From: an uncultured Verrucomicrobiae bacterium
GTDB lineage: Bacteria > Verrucomicrobiota > Verrucomicrobiia > Opitutales > Opitutaceae
Assembly: GCA_963827125.1 (NCBI GenBank)
Contig: CAWHAC010000015.1
Coordinates: 31,061 to 95,060 of the forward strand
Direction of reading: 5' to 3'
Length of the DNA stretch: 64,000 bases
In this document: piece by piece, positions 9,519-18,957 of the stretch
How the letters are laid out: each line of letters starts with the position of its first letter
How positions within the stretch are numbered: position 1 is the first letter of the stretch
Translations under genes and position numbers: made by a program
Notes under the pieces: model-generated
Told to the model about the DNA's origin: nothing
Seen by the model: only the letters and a program-made list of their open reading frames with translations
The model's database searches: none

Positions 9519-11510
9519 ATGAAGCTCAACACAGAGATTCTCGCCAGAGCCTGCGCCGAGGCGCGGGGACTGGCCATCGACGCCGTCCGGCAGGCCGCCT
9601 CAGGCCATCTCGGCCTGCCGCTCGGATGCGCGGAGATCGGGGCTGTGCTTTACGGCCGCGCACTGGTCCACAATCCCGACGAGCCCCGCTGGTTGAACCG
9701 CGATCGCTTCGTCCTCTCCGCAGGCCACGGCAGCATGTTCCTCTACAGCTGGCTGCATCTGAGCGGCTACGCGCTGACCCTCGATGAGCTGAGGAACTTC
9801 CGCCAGCTCCACAGCAGGACTCCGGGTCATCCGGAATTCCACGCCACTCCGGGCGTCGAGTGCACCACCGGCCCGCTGGGCCAGGGCATCGGCAATGCCG
9901 TCGGCATGGCGATGGCCGGGCAGATGGCCGCCGCCCGCTTCAACACGCCCGAACACCCGATCTTCGACTACCACGTCATCTGCCTCGCCGGCGACGGCTG
10001 CATGCAGGAAGGCCTGGGCATGGAGGCGGTTGAATTCGCCGGCCACCAGGGATTGGACAACCTCATTCTCATCTACGACTCGAACGACGTCACCCTTGAC
10101 GCGATGGCGGCGAAGACGCAGAGCGAGAACACCGCGGCGCGTTTCAAGGCCATCGGCTGGGATGTGCAGACGCTGGCGGACGGCCACGATCTTGCGGCGA
10201 TCCTCAGGGCGGTGCGCCGCGCCAGGAATGCGCAGTCGGGCCGGCCGCAGCTCATCATTGCCAGGACCATCATCGCAAAGGGAATCCCGGAGGTGCAGGG
10301 CACGTCAAAGGGCCACGGGGAAGGAGGGGCGAAGTTCGCCGACGCCGCGCGCGCCGGGCTCGGCCTGCCGGCCGACCGGCATTTCTTTGTGAGCGAGGCG
10401 GTGCGCGCCTATTTTGCGGACCACAAGAAGCGCCTCATCCGCGCCTTCGACCGCTGGACCAGGACCTACGAGGCCTGGCGGAGCGCGAATCCCGAAAAGG
10501 CCGCCCTGCTCGACAGCCGTTCCGCGGCTCCGGGCGCCGCCGCGATCCTGGAGAAGATCCCCCTGTTCCCGCCGGACGCCAAACTCGCCACGCGCGCGGC
10601 GGGCCGCGATGTGCTGCAGGCGATCGCCGCCGGGTTGCCCCTGCTCATCTCGGGCAGCGCGGACCTGCACGGCTCGACGCTCAACTACATCGCCGCCGAC
10701 CGGGATTTCGACCGGACCAGCCGCGCCGGCCGCAATCTGCGCTACGGCATCCGCGAACACGCAATGGCGGCGATCAACAACGGCGTCGCGTACGACGGGC
10801 TGTTCCGCGCCAGCTGCGCGACCTTCATGGTGTTTGCCGATTACAGCCGGCCGTCGATGCGCCTTGCCGCGCTCTCCCACCTGCCCGTGGTGTATATCTA
10901 TTCGCATGATTCTGTCGGCGTGGGCGAGGACGGGCCCACGCACCAGCCGGTGGAGACCGTCTCGGCGTTGCGGTTGATACCGGGGCTCGATGTCATCCGC
11001 CCGGCCGACCCCGAGGAGACCGCCGGCGCGTTTGCCGCGGCGATGGAGCGCATCGACGGGCCGACGCTGCTGGCGTTGACGCGCCAGACCGTGCCGATGC
11101 TGGGCGACATCCCGCCGCACATCCGCCGCGCCGGAGTGCTGAAGGGCGGCTACGTCGCGATCCAGGAGACCGCTCCGCTCACCCACATCCTGCTGGCGGC
11201 GGGCAGCGAATTGCAGCTTGCCGTCGCCGCGGCCCGAGTGCTCGGGGCCGGGGTGCGCGTGGTGTCCCTGCCTTCATTTGAACGCTTCAGCCGCGAGCCC
11301 GCGGAGTACCGGGACGCGATCCTGCCGCCTTCGTGCCGCAAGCGCGTCGCCGTCGAAGCGGGCGTGACGGCCCTCTGGCGCCAGTACGTCGGCCTCGACG
11401 GCAGGGTGGTCGGGATCGACCGGTTCGGCCTGAGCGCGCCGGCGCCGCAGGCGATGAAGGAACTCGGGATCACGGTCGACGCGGTCGTTGCGGCGGCGAA
11501 CGCGCTGTAA
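9519..11510 (+). CDS. tkt: Transketolase
   Basis: 663 aa. Contains [12 protein letters not shown], the thiamine-diphosphate motif [11 protein letters not shown], and a C-terminal transketolase domain ([15 protein letters not shown]). Confidence 0.95.
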   Translation: MKLNTEILARACAEARGLAIDAVRQAASGHLGLPLGCAEIGAVLYGRALVHNPDEPRWLNRDRFVLSAGHGSMFLYSWLHLSGYALTLDELRNFRQLHSRTPGHPEFHATPGVECTTGPLGQGIGNAVGMAMAGQMAAARFNTPEHPIFDYHVICLAGDGCMQEGLGMEAVEFAGHQGLDNLILIYDSNDVTLDAMAAKTQSENTAARFKAIGWDVQTLADGHDLAAILRAVRRARNAQSGRPQLIIARTIIAKGIPEVQGTSKGHGEGGAKFADAARAGLGLPADRHFFVSEAVRAYFADHKKRLIRAFDRWTRTYEAWRSANPEKAALLDSRSAAPGAAAILEKIPLFPPDAKLATRAAGRDVLQAIAAGLPLLISGSADLHGSTLNYIAADRDFDRTSRAGRNLRYGIREHAMAAINNGVAYDGLFRASCATFMVFADYSRPSMRLAALSHLPVVYIYSHDSVGVGEDGPTHQPVETVSALRLIPGLDVIRPADPEETAGAFAAAMERIDGPTLLALTRQTVPMLGDIPPHIRRAGVLKGGYVAIQETAPLTHILLAAGSELQLAVAAARVLGAGVRVVSLPSFERFSREPAEYRDAILPPSCRKRVAVEAGVTALWRQYVGLDGRVVGIDRFGLSAPAPQAMKELGITVDAVVAAANAL

Positions 11511-11736
11511 CCGCGCGCAGGGAGAGGCTTGCGGATTCCTCGCGACGGGCGCGGGCGCCCCCGCCCGGGAACCGGAGGAATCCGCGGTCATCGGGTCCCG
11601 GCCGCCGGGGAGCGCCGGCCGGCCGTGAATCGGGAGGGTTTGCGGGGCCGGAAGGGCGGCGCTTCGCGGGTGCGACCGGCGGCGGAAAAAAACTGCTTGC
11701 AGTGCGCGAACATGCCTTACAAGTATTTTCGCGTTT

Positions 11737-12309
11737 ATGAAAAACACCCCCTATGCATGCCTGTTCTGCGCGGCGGCCCTCCTGGGGCTGCCGCTGGTCT
11801 CCGTTTGCGCCCCCGCCACCGCCGACGAGCAAACTCCCGCCGCGGTCCCGAAGCAACCCGACGCCGGCAAGGATGGCTCGCCGGATGAGCCGGAGAAGGC
11901 CGCTCCGCAGGCCGACAAGGAGAAACAACAAACCAGCCGCGAGGCCCGCCGCGCCGCGGACCTGGCCCGCTATGATGTCAACAAGGACGGGAAACTCGAG
12001 CCCGACGAGCGCAACGCGAGGAAGGCGGACATCGAGAAGGCCCGCGCCGAAAAGAAAGCGGCCCGCGAGGCCAGGCGGTCGGAAAAGGTGGCAGCCGCCG
12101 AGGCAAAGAAACTCGCCCGGTACGACCGGAACAAGAACGGCAAGCTCGACGAGGACGAACTGGCCGCGGCAAAAGCCGACGAGGAGAAACACCGGGAGGC
12201 CGCCGAGAAACGCAAGGCCGCGCGCGAGGCTGCGAAACAGGCCCCGGGCGCCGGAAAGACCGCCTCGGAACCGGCGGACGATGAAGCGTCCGCGCCCGAC
12301 AGCGAATGA
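11737..12309 (+). CDS. Secreted, highly charged protein with two EF-hand-type Ca-binding loops
   Basis: Signal peptide MKNTPYACLFCAAALLGLPLVSVCAP. Two DxNxDGxLxxxE loops (DVNKDGKLEPDE and DRNKNGKLDEDE) sit between Lys/Glu/Ala-rich helical segments. Confidence 0.6.
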   Translation: MKNTPYACLFCAAALLGLPLVSVCAPATADEQTPAAVPKQPDAGKDGSPDEPEKAAPQADKEKQQTSREARRAADLARYDVNKDGKLEPDERNARKADIEKARAEKKAAREARRSEKVAAAEAKKLARYDRNKNGKLDEDELAAAKADEEKHREAAEKRKAAREAAKQAPGAGKTASEPADDEASAPDSE

Positions 12310-12331
12310 TCGTGGCATCCGGAAACGCGCC

Positions 12332-12356
12332 GCAGCCGGGCGCCGGTCCCGGCTGC
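12332..12356. terminator. GC-rich hairpin (GCAGCCGGG-N7-CCCGGCTGC) between convergent genes
   Basis: 9-bp perfect stem seen in the sequence between the EF-hand gene stop and the nadK stop. There is no clear U-tract. Confidence 0.3.
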
Positions 12357-12401
12357 ACGCCGGGCCTCGCGGCGGCGGCGCGGGATCGGGGAGCGAACCC
12401 G

Positions 12402-12422
12402 CTTCCGGGGTTTTCCGATTCC
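12402..12422 (+). repeat. Member of the intergenic GTTTCCG/TTTTCCGATT short-repeat family
   Basis: cttccggggttttccgattcc. It shares the 10-mer TTTTCCGATT with 26941-26950. Confidence 0.5.
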
Positions 12423-12435
12423 AGGCTGCCGGCCC

Positions 12436-13278
<843 letters not shown>

Positions 13279-13395
13279 CGTGCGGAGGGGTTTGAACCGG
13301 CGGACATTAAGGAGCACATTGCGCGGATGGCTTCAAACCCTGAATGTCAGCCGGGCGCGGGCATGGCGCCCCGGGGGGAACAGGGCGGGGGAACC

Positions 13396-14148
13396 TCAAG
13401 CCGCCTTCCGCAACCCCAGCAGGAACTCCCGGTTGCCGTCGGCGCCGGTCAGCGGGGAGACCATCGAGCCGATCAGGACCGCGCCGGGCAGTTCGCGCAG
13501 GGCGAACGCCGTGACGCTGTCGAGCGCCCCGGCCTGCACGGCCGGATCGCGGATCACCCCGCGTCCCTTGTCCGCCTCGGCCTTGCCGGCCTCGAATTGC
13601 GGTTTCACAAGGGCGATCAGCAGGCCGCCGGGCTCCAGGAAGGGCCACACGGCGGGGAGCACCGCCTTGAGCGATATGAAGGAAAGGTCCATCACCACGG
13701 CGCCGTAGCCGGCGCGCGGGAGGTCGCCAGGCTGAAGGCGGCGGGCGTTGACCTTTTCGAGGCTGACGACGCGCGGATCCGCGCGCAGGCGCGGGTGCAG
13801 CTGATTGCGGCCGACGTCGACGGAGGTCACGTCAGCGGCGCCGGCCTGGAGCGCGCAGTCCGTGAATCCGCCTGTGGACGCGCCCACATCGAGCACATGG
13901 GCGCCCCGCAGGTCGACGGCGAACTGCCGGAGGAAACTGTCGAGCTTCTCGCCGCCCCTGCTCACGAAGCGCGGCAGCTGTTCCATGGCGAGCACGATCT
14001 CCTCGGGATATTCCTTCCCCGGTTTGTCGAGCCGTTCCGTGCCGTGGAGCACGCGCCCGGCCATGATCAGTGCCCGGGCCTGCGCGCGGGAGGAGGCGAG
14101 GCCGCGCTGCACGAGAAGCTCGTCGAGGCGCCGGCGCCTGGAGGTCAT
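13396..14148 (-). CDS. tlyA: TlyA family rRNA (cytidine-2'-O)-methyltransferase (S4 domain plus FtsJ-like methyltransferase)
   Basis: [27 protein letters not shown] forms the S4 domain. SRGGEKL...[20 protein letters not shown] is the SAM-binding motif. It is adjacent to nadK, a common arrangement. Confidence 0.9.
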   Translation of the reverse strand: MTSRRRRLDELLVQRGLASSRAQARALIMAGRVLHGTERLDKPGKEYPEEIVLAMEQLPRFVSRGGEKLDSFLRQFAVDLRGAHVLDVGASTGGFTDCALQAGAADVTSVDVGRNQLHPRLRADPRVVSLEKVNARRLQPGDLPRAGYGAVVMDLSFISLKAVLPAVWPFLEPGGLLIALVKPQFEAGKAEADKGRGVIRDPAVQAGALDSVTAFALRELPGAVLIGSMVSPLTGADGNREFLLGLRKAA

Positions 14149-14382
14149 GCTTCAGGTCTCACGGGCTGCGATCCAGCCATCCAGGCGTGGCATTCAGCCG
14201 CGGATGAGCGTGCGATTGAAGATTCCATGGCGGAGAATGTCGGAAGCTTGAACGGCCGGAACCACGGTGGCGAGCCCGCGCCGCGGAGGGCGCCGCTGCG
14301 ATGAGCCTGTCGAACCGGTCCCCCGGCGCCATCCTCCATCCGACTCCGACGGGGCGGAGCCCTCCGATATTCGCCGCCGCCG

Positions 14383-17094
14383 TCAGCACCCGGCGGCCTG
14401 TTTTTCCTTCCACCCCGCGGCGAACCGGTAGCGGCCGGAAGCCAGTTCGCAGGTGACCGCGTCGGGGGTGCGCGCGACCCTGCTGACGCCCGGCGCGCGC
14501 TCCAGCGCCTTGCCGCCCTCGGTCACGCGGGCGTCCGGGGGCGCGGGGATCCGGGCGCTGGCGGTGGCATTGGCGGGCACCGTGACCTCCCAGTCGAAAC
14601 GGCACGGCGCCGACCGCCAGGCGCTGGCGAGCTCGCCCAGGGGCGAAGCCAGTTTCGCGCGGGCGGCCGCGATGCCGCCTCCGGGGCGGGGTTGGAGCCG
14701 GATGTGCTTGTAGCCGGGATTGTCCGGTTCGACCTCGATCCCGGCGACGACGGCATGGAGCCAAGCGCCGATGGCGCCGAAGGCGTAGTGATTAAATGAA
14801 TTCATCTCCGGATCCTGGAAGCCGTGCTCCTCCGTCCGCCCGTCCCACCGCTCCCAGATTGTCGTTGCGCCCTGGGTGACGGCATGGAGCCACGAGGGCC
14901 GTTCCTTCCGGTGCAGAAGCCGGAAGGCGACCTCCAGGTGTCCCGTGGCGGCGAGAACGTGAGGCAGGTAGGAGGAGCCCACGATCCCGGTCGAGAGTAT
15001 CCCTCCGCGGCGTTCGATGTCCCCGACAAGATCGGCGGCGACGCGAGCGCGGAGCCGGGACGGCACCAGGTCGAAGTGCAGCGCAAGGACGGCGGCGGTC
15101 TGGGTAGGGGCCGTCAACGCGCCTTCCCGCGTGAGGAACTCGCGCCGGAACGCGGCGCGCACCGCATCCGCCAGCGCGGAATAGGCCTTCTCCTCCGCCT
15201 TTCTCCCCAGGACGCGGGCCACCGCGGCCACCAGCCGGGCGCTGTGCGCAAAATAGGCCGTCCCGATCAGCTCCTTGGGCGTGTCACCGCCGTCCGCGCC
15301 GCCTCCGTCCGGCGCAAGCCGGTCGCCGTAGCCTGCAAAATCATGGGCGGTCTTGCGGCGGATGAGGTCGGGATTGGTCGCGCGGAGCTCGTCGACAAAT
15401 CGCGCGCAGGCGGGGAAACACCGTTCAAGAATGCGGCGATCGCCGCTGCACAGGTAGAGGGTCCACGGGCAGATCGTCGCCGCGTCGGCCCAGGCGGGTC
15501 CGCCGTCGGGGTGGAGCCCGTCGACCGGAGGCACGACTGCGGGGATCGTGCCGCGCGCGGTCTGCGCCTCGACGAGGCTTTGCAGCCAGTGGCTGAAAAA
15601 GCCGGTGACCTCCATGTTGAACGCGGCGGTGCGGAGGAACATCTGGGCGTCCCCTGTCCATCCCAGGCGTTCGTCCCGCTGGGGACCGGCCGTCGGCACC
15701 GCGATGGAGTTGCCGCGCTGGCTCCACACGATGTTCTTCTGGAGCTGATTGATGAGTGGATCGGAGCACCAGAATTCGCCGGTCAAGGGCAGATCGGAAT
15801 GGAGCACCACGCCGACAGGGTCCTCGATTGCCACGTCAGGACCATGGATTTCGAGCTCGAGATAGCGAAAGCCGTGGAAGGTGAAGCGCGGTTCAAACAC
15901 CTCGCCCGCGGCGTGGCCCCCCAGCGTGTAATGATCCGTCGCCCGGGCGGTTCGAAGGTTGGCGAAATAAAGCCGTCCGTCGCCATCGAGCATCTCGGCA
16001 TGCCGGAGCGTGACCGTCGCGCCGGCAGGGCCTTTCATGCGGAGGCGCACGCGGCCGACCATGTTCTGGCCGAAATCGTAGCGGCGGGTCGTTGTCAAAC
16101 CGCGCCCGGGAGCAGCCGGCAACGGCCGCGCTTTGAGCTCGTGCAGCGCGCGGACCGGGGGCGCGCGCATCGCCTCCAGGAGGATGCCGGTCGCGGGGCT
16201 GGGCCTGGCGGGCTGCCAGCCGCGATCGTCGAAGCCGGGTTTGTCCCATCCCGGGAACTCCAGGCGCGCGTCGTAGCTCTCGCCCATGAGCAGATCGCTG
16301 GCGAGCAGCGGGCCGTAGGCGAACTTCCAGGCATGGTCGGTGCCGACAACCTCGGAGCGTCCGTCAATGTGGTCGATGACAAGTTGCGCAAGGAACTTCG
16401 GCCGGTCGCCGTAGAGCTGACGCCCCCTCCAGGCGACGTGGCCGCAATACCAGCCGTCGCCGAGAATCGCGCCGACCGTGTTGTCGCCCACGACCACCAG
16501 GGGGGTGATGTCGAAGCACTGATAGAGCACCCGGCGGCTGTAGTCGGTCCAGCCGGGCGCGAGTTCCTGGTCGCCCACGCGCTGGCCGTTCAGGCGTGCC
16601 TCGTAGACTCCCAGCGCGGTGGCGTAGAGGCGGGCACGCGCGACGCGGGCGCCGACAAAGAAAGTCCGGCGCAGGAAGGGTGCGGGAACGCTGGTCCACG
16701 GGCCTCCCGTGAGCGTGCCGCCGATCCATTGCGCCTTCCAGTCGCCCCGGCTGAGCAGGCCCATCTCCCACCACGCCCGCTCCGTGGATTCGGCTGCGCC
16801 GCCGCATTCGTCCCAGGTCCTCACCCGCCACCACGCGCGCTCGCGCGAACGCAGGGCCCTGCCCGCGTAGGCCACGTACGTCGAGATGTCGGAGGAAACC
16901 CTGCCGCTGTCCCAGAGATCAGGCGGTCCCCCTGGCTTCGACGACACAAGGATCTGATAAGCCGTCTGGCGTGCGCCCCTCCGGTGATTGGCGTCCAACC
17001 ACCAGCTCATGCGGGGCTGGAGATCATCCACTGCCAGCGGATTCTCGAGATCCTCGCAACGAAGATGAACGGGGCGGCAGGCGGCTTGGGGCAT
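14383..17094 (-). CDS. Alpha-L-rhamnosidase (glycoside hydrolase family 78)
   Basis: LRCEDLENPLAVDDLQPRMSWWL...RQTAYQILVSS...AWWRVRTWDE...WKAQWIG matches the GH78 N-terminal signature, and the C-terminus looks like a six-hairpin domain. Start taken at MPQAACR; the upstream 73 codons are Arg/Pro-rich. Confidence 0.85.
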   Translation of the reverse strand: MPQAACRPVHLRCEDLENPLAVDDLQPRMSWWLDANHRRGARQTAYQILVSSKPGGPPDLWDSGRVSSDISTYVAYAGRALRSRERAWWRVRTWDECGGAAESTERAWWEMGLLSRGDWKAQWIGGTLTGGPWTSVPAPFLRRTFFVGARVARARLYATALGVYEARLNGQRVGDQELAPGWTDYSRRVLYQCFDITPLVVVGDNTVGAILGDGWYCGHVAWRGRQLYGDRPKFLAQLVIDHIDGRSEVVGTDHAWKFAYGPLLASDLLMGESYDARLEFPGWDKPGFDDRGWQPARPSPATGILLEAMRAPPVRALHELKARPLPAAPGRGLTTTRRYDFGQNMVGRVRLRMKGPAGATVTLRHAEMLDGDGRLYFANLRTARATDHYTLGGHAAGEVFEPRFTFHGFRYLELEIHGPDVAIEDPVGVVLHSDLPLTGEFWCSDPLINQLQKNIVWSQRGNSIAVPTAGPQRDERLGWTGDAQMFLRTAAFNMEVTGFFSHWLQSLVEAQTARGTIPAVVPPVDGLHPDGGPAWADAATICPWTLYLCSGDRRILERCFPACARFVDELRATNPDLIRRKTAHDFAGYGDRLAPDGGGADGGDTPKELIGTAYFAHSARLVAAVARVLGRKAEEKAYSALADAVRAAFRREFLTREGALTAPTQTAAVLALHFDLVPSRLRARVAADLVGDIERRGGILSTGIVGSSYLPHVLAATGHLEVAFRLLHRKERPSWLHAVTQGATTIWERWDGRTEEHGFQDPEMNSFNHYAFGAIGAWLHAVVAGIEVEPDNPGYKHIRLQPRPGGGIAAARAKLASPLGELASAWRSAPCRFDWEVTVPANATASARIPAPPDARVTEGGKALERAPGVSRVARTPDAVTCELASGRYRFAAGWKEKQAAGC

Positions 17095-17410
17095 GGGGTT
17101 TCCGGGTGCGTCCGCTGTCGGCGGGAACGGACGCGCCTGGGGGCGGTCAAGAAACGAATGATGGCAGCGACGGCCCGAAACGTCGAGTTTTCTGTGAGTC
17201 GACCTGGGATCCCCTCCTTCCGGGAAAGCCGGTCGGAAGTCCCACGGCCACAGATCCGCCCGCCGCCGTCGAGAAGACGGGGGCGGCGATCCCAAACGGC
17301 TTCCCCCGCGCATGTCGCCGGCACACTCTTCAGCGGCGTTCGTGCGTCTGCGGGGAACGGTTGAAGTCGAGATTGTTCGGGAAGAGCTCCTGAATCAAAT
17401 CGGAGGCGGT

Positions 17411-18817
17411 CTACCGATGGTCCCAGCGCCCTTCAATGAGCACCCAGCTGCCCTCACGGGATTCCCATCGTGGGGCGACCCAGATAAGGCCCTCGCGCGG
17501 CGGCATATCCCAGCGACCCGGTTCCCAGACATAGGCATGGCCGTCGTGCTTCCAATAGCCGGCAATCCAGACATGCTTGGGTGAGGGGCGGGCGCCCATT
17601 TGTTCGTGGCGCAGCGCGGGCGGCGCTTCGCGGATGACGAAGGCATGGGACCCGGGTCCGGGCGGCGGATTTCGCAGGATCGGAGCGGAATGCTGACCTT
17701 CGGGCGGAGTCAAATGTCCAGCCGGCGCGCCTTGGGGAGCATTGCCATGACGCCAGGAACCGGTGATGAAAACCCTGCGGCCGGACCGGTTCTCATAACG
17801 AGGGGGCACCCAGATGACGCCTTCCCTGGGCGGAAGCATCCAATGGCCCCGGACCCAGCCGTAGCGATTGTCCTGCCAGTGCCAGTATCCCGCGATCCAA
17901 ACATGCCTGGGGGACGGGCGCTCGATGATGACCTCTTGCTGTGGCGGAGGCGGGTCCATGGTCACCGCCATCTCAACAGCGGGGGCGTTGTTTTCGACCA
18001 CCACCGTCTCATACTGCGGCGGAGCCACTTCGACGACAGCGACTGCCAAATGTCCAGCCGGCGCGCCTTGGGGGAAATTGTTATGATGCCAGGAACCGGC
18101 GATGAAAACCCTGCGGCCGGACCGATTCTCATAACGAGGGGGCATCCAGATGACGCCTTCCCTGGGCGGAAGCATCCAATGGCCCCGGACCCAGCCGTAG
18201 TGATTGTCCTGCCAATGCCAGTATCCCGCGATCCAAATATGCCTGGGGGACGGGCGCTCAATGATGACCTCTTGCTGTGGCGGAGGCGGGTCCATGGTCG
18301 CCACCATCTCAACAGCGGGGGCGTCATTTTCGACTACCACCGTCTCATACTGCGGCGGAGCCACTTCGACGACGGCGACCGGCGGTGGAACGGGGAGACG
18401 ATGCCAATGCCCCGGGATAAAGACGGCCCTGTGTTCAACGTGGGGTGGAATCCACTCAACGTCGGCTCCCGGAGGCAGCATCCAGTGCCCGCCTATCCAC
18501 GCATAATGATTTCCCATCCAGTGCCAGTAGCCGGCGACCCAGACATGCTGGGGAGATGGGCGATCGACAATGACCTCTGTCTGGGGGGGAGGAGGCTCGC
18601 CCTGGACCACGACCTCCTGGGCCGGGGCCCCCTGTTCAACGACCACGGTTTCGGTCGGAGGCGGGGGCGCCACCTCGAAATTGAGACTGATATCCAACCC
18701 ACCTGCCAAAGCCCGGTTGGGCGACAACGCCATTACGGGCAGGAAAAGAGCGAACACACTGCCCGAAAGAACAACATGCAGGTCTGTACGAGATTTCATG
18801 GTTTTGTTGAAGGACAT
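17411..18817 (-). CDS. Secreted YXWGXW (WXXGXW) repeat protein, four repeats separated by Pro-rich linkers
   Basis: Signal peptide, then four copies of ...RPSP(R/Q/K)H(V/I)W(I/V)AGYWHW..N.Y.W..GHWM.PP. G+C is lower than in the neighbouring genes. Confidence 0.8.
   Translation of the reverse strand: MSFNKTMKSRTDLHVVLSGSVFALFLPVMALSPNRALAGGLDISLNFEVAPPPPTETVVVEQGAPAQEVVVQGEPPPPQTEVIVDRPSPQHVWVAGYWHWMGNHYAWIGGHWMLPPGADVEWIPPHVEHRAVFIPGHWHRLPVPPPVAVVEVAPPQYETVVVENDAPAVEMVATMDPPPPQQEVIIERPSPRHIWIAGYWHWQDNHYGWVRGHWMLPPREGVIWMPPRYENRSGRRVFIAGSWHHNNFPQGAPAGHLAVAVVEVAPPQYETVVVENNAPAVEMAVTMDPPPPQQEVIIERPSPRHVWIAGYWHWQDNRYGWVRGHWMLPPREGVIWVPPRYENRSGRRVFITGSWRHGNAPQGAPAGHLTPPEGQHSAPILRNPPPGPGSHAFVIREAPPALRHEQMGARPSPKHVWIAGYWKHDGHAYVWEPGRWDMPPREGLIWVAPRWESREGSWVLIEGRWDHR
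17711..18382. repeat. Two tandem copies of a 336-bp unit inside the YXWGXW gene, about 93% identical
   Basis: Hand alignment of 17711-18046 against 18047-18382 gives about 22 mismatches, mostly transitions. The copies are in frame. Confidence 0.9.
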
Positions 18818-18957
18818 GACTTAATTCACCGTGTTGCGATTGTCCAGTTCTTTGCTCCTGGAATCTCCCCTGCTGCATTGCCCGAAGAGCACCGCTGGAC
18901 AGCCTGCGGAAACACGGTTCGCACCATCAGGCCGCGGAGTTGCGCGCGTGCGGCCGG

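Noticed and set aside
17711-18382. The near-identical 336-bp pair as a diversity-generating retroelement template/variable repeat pair
   Set aside because: Mismatches are mostly transitions in both directions, not adenine-specific. The copies are directly tandem, and no reverse transcriptase gene is in the window.
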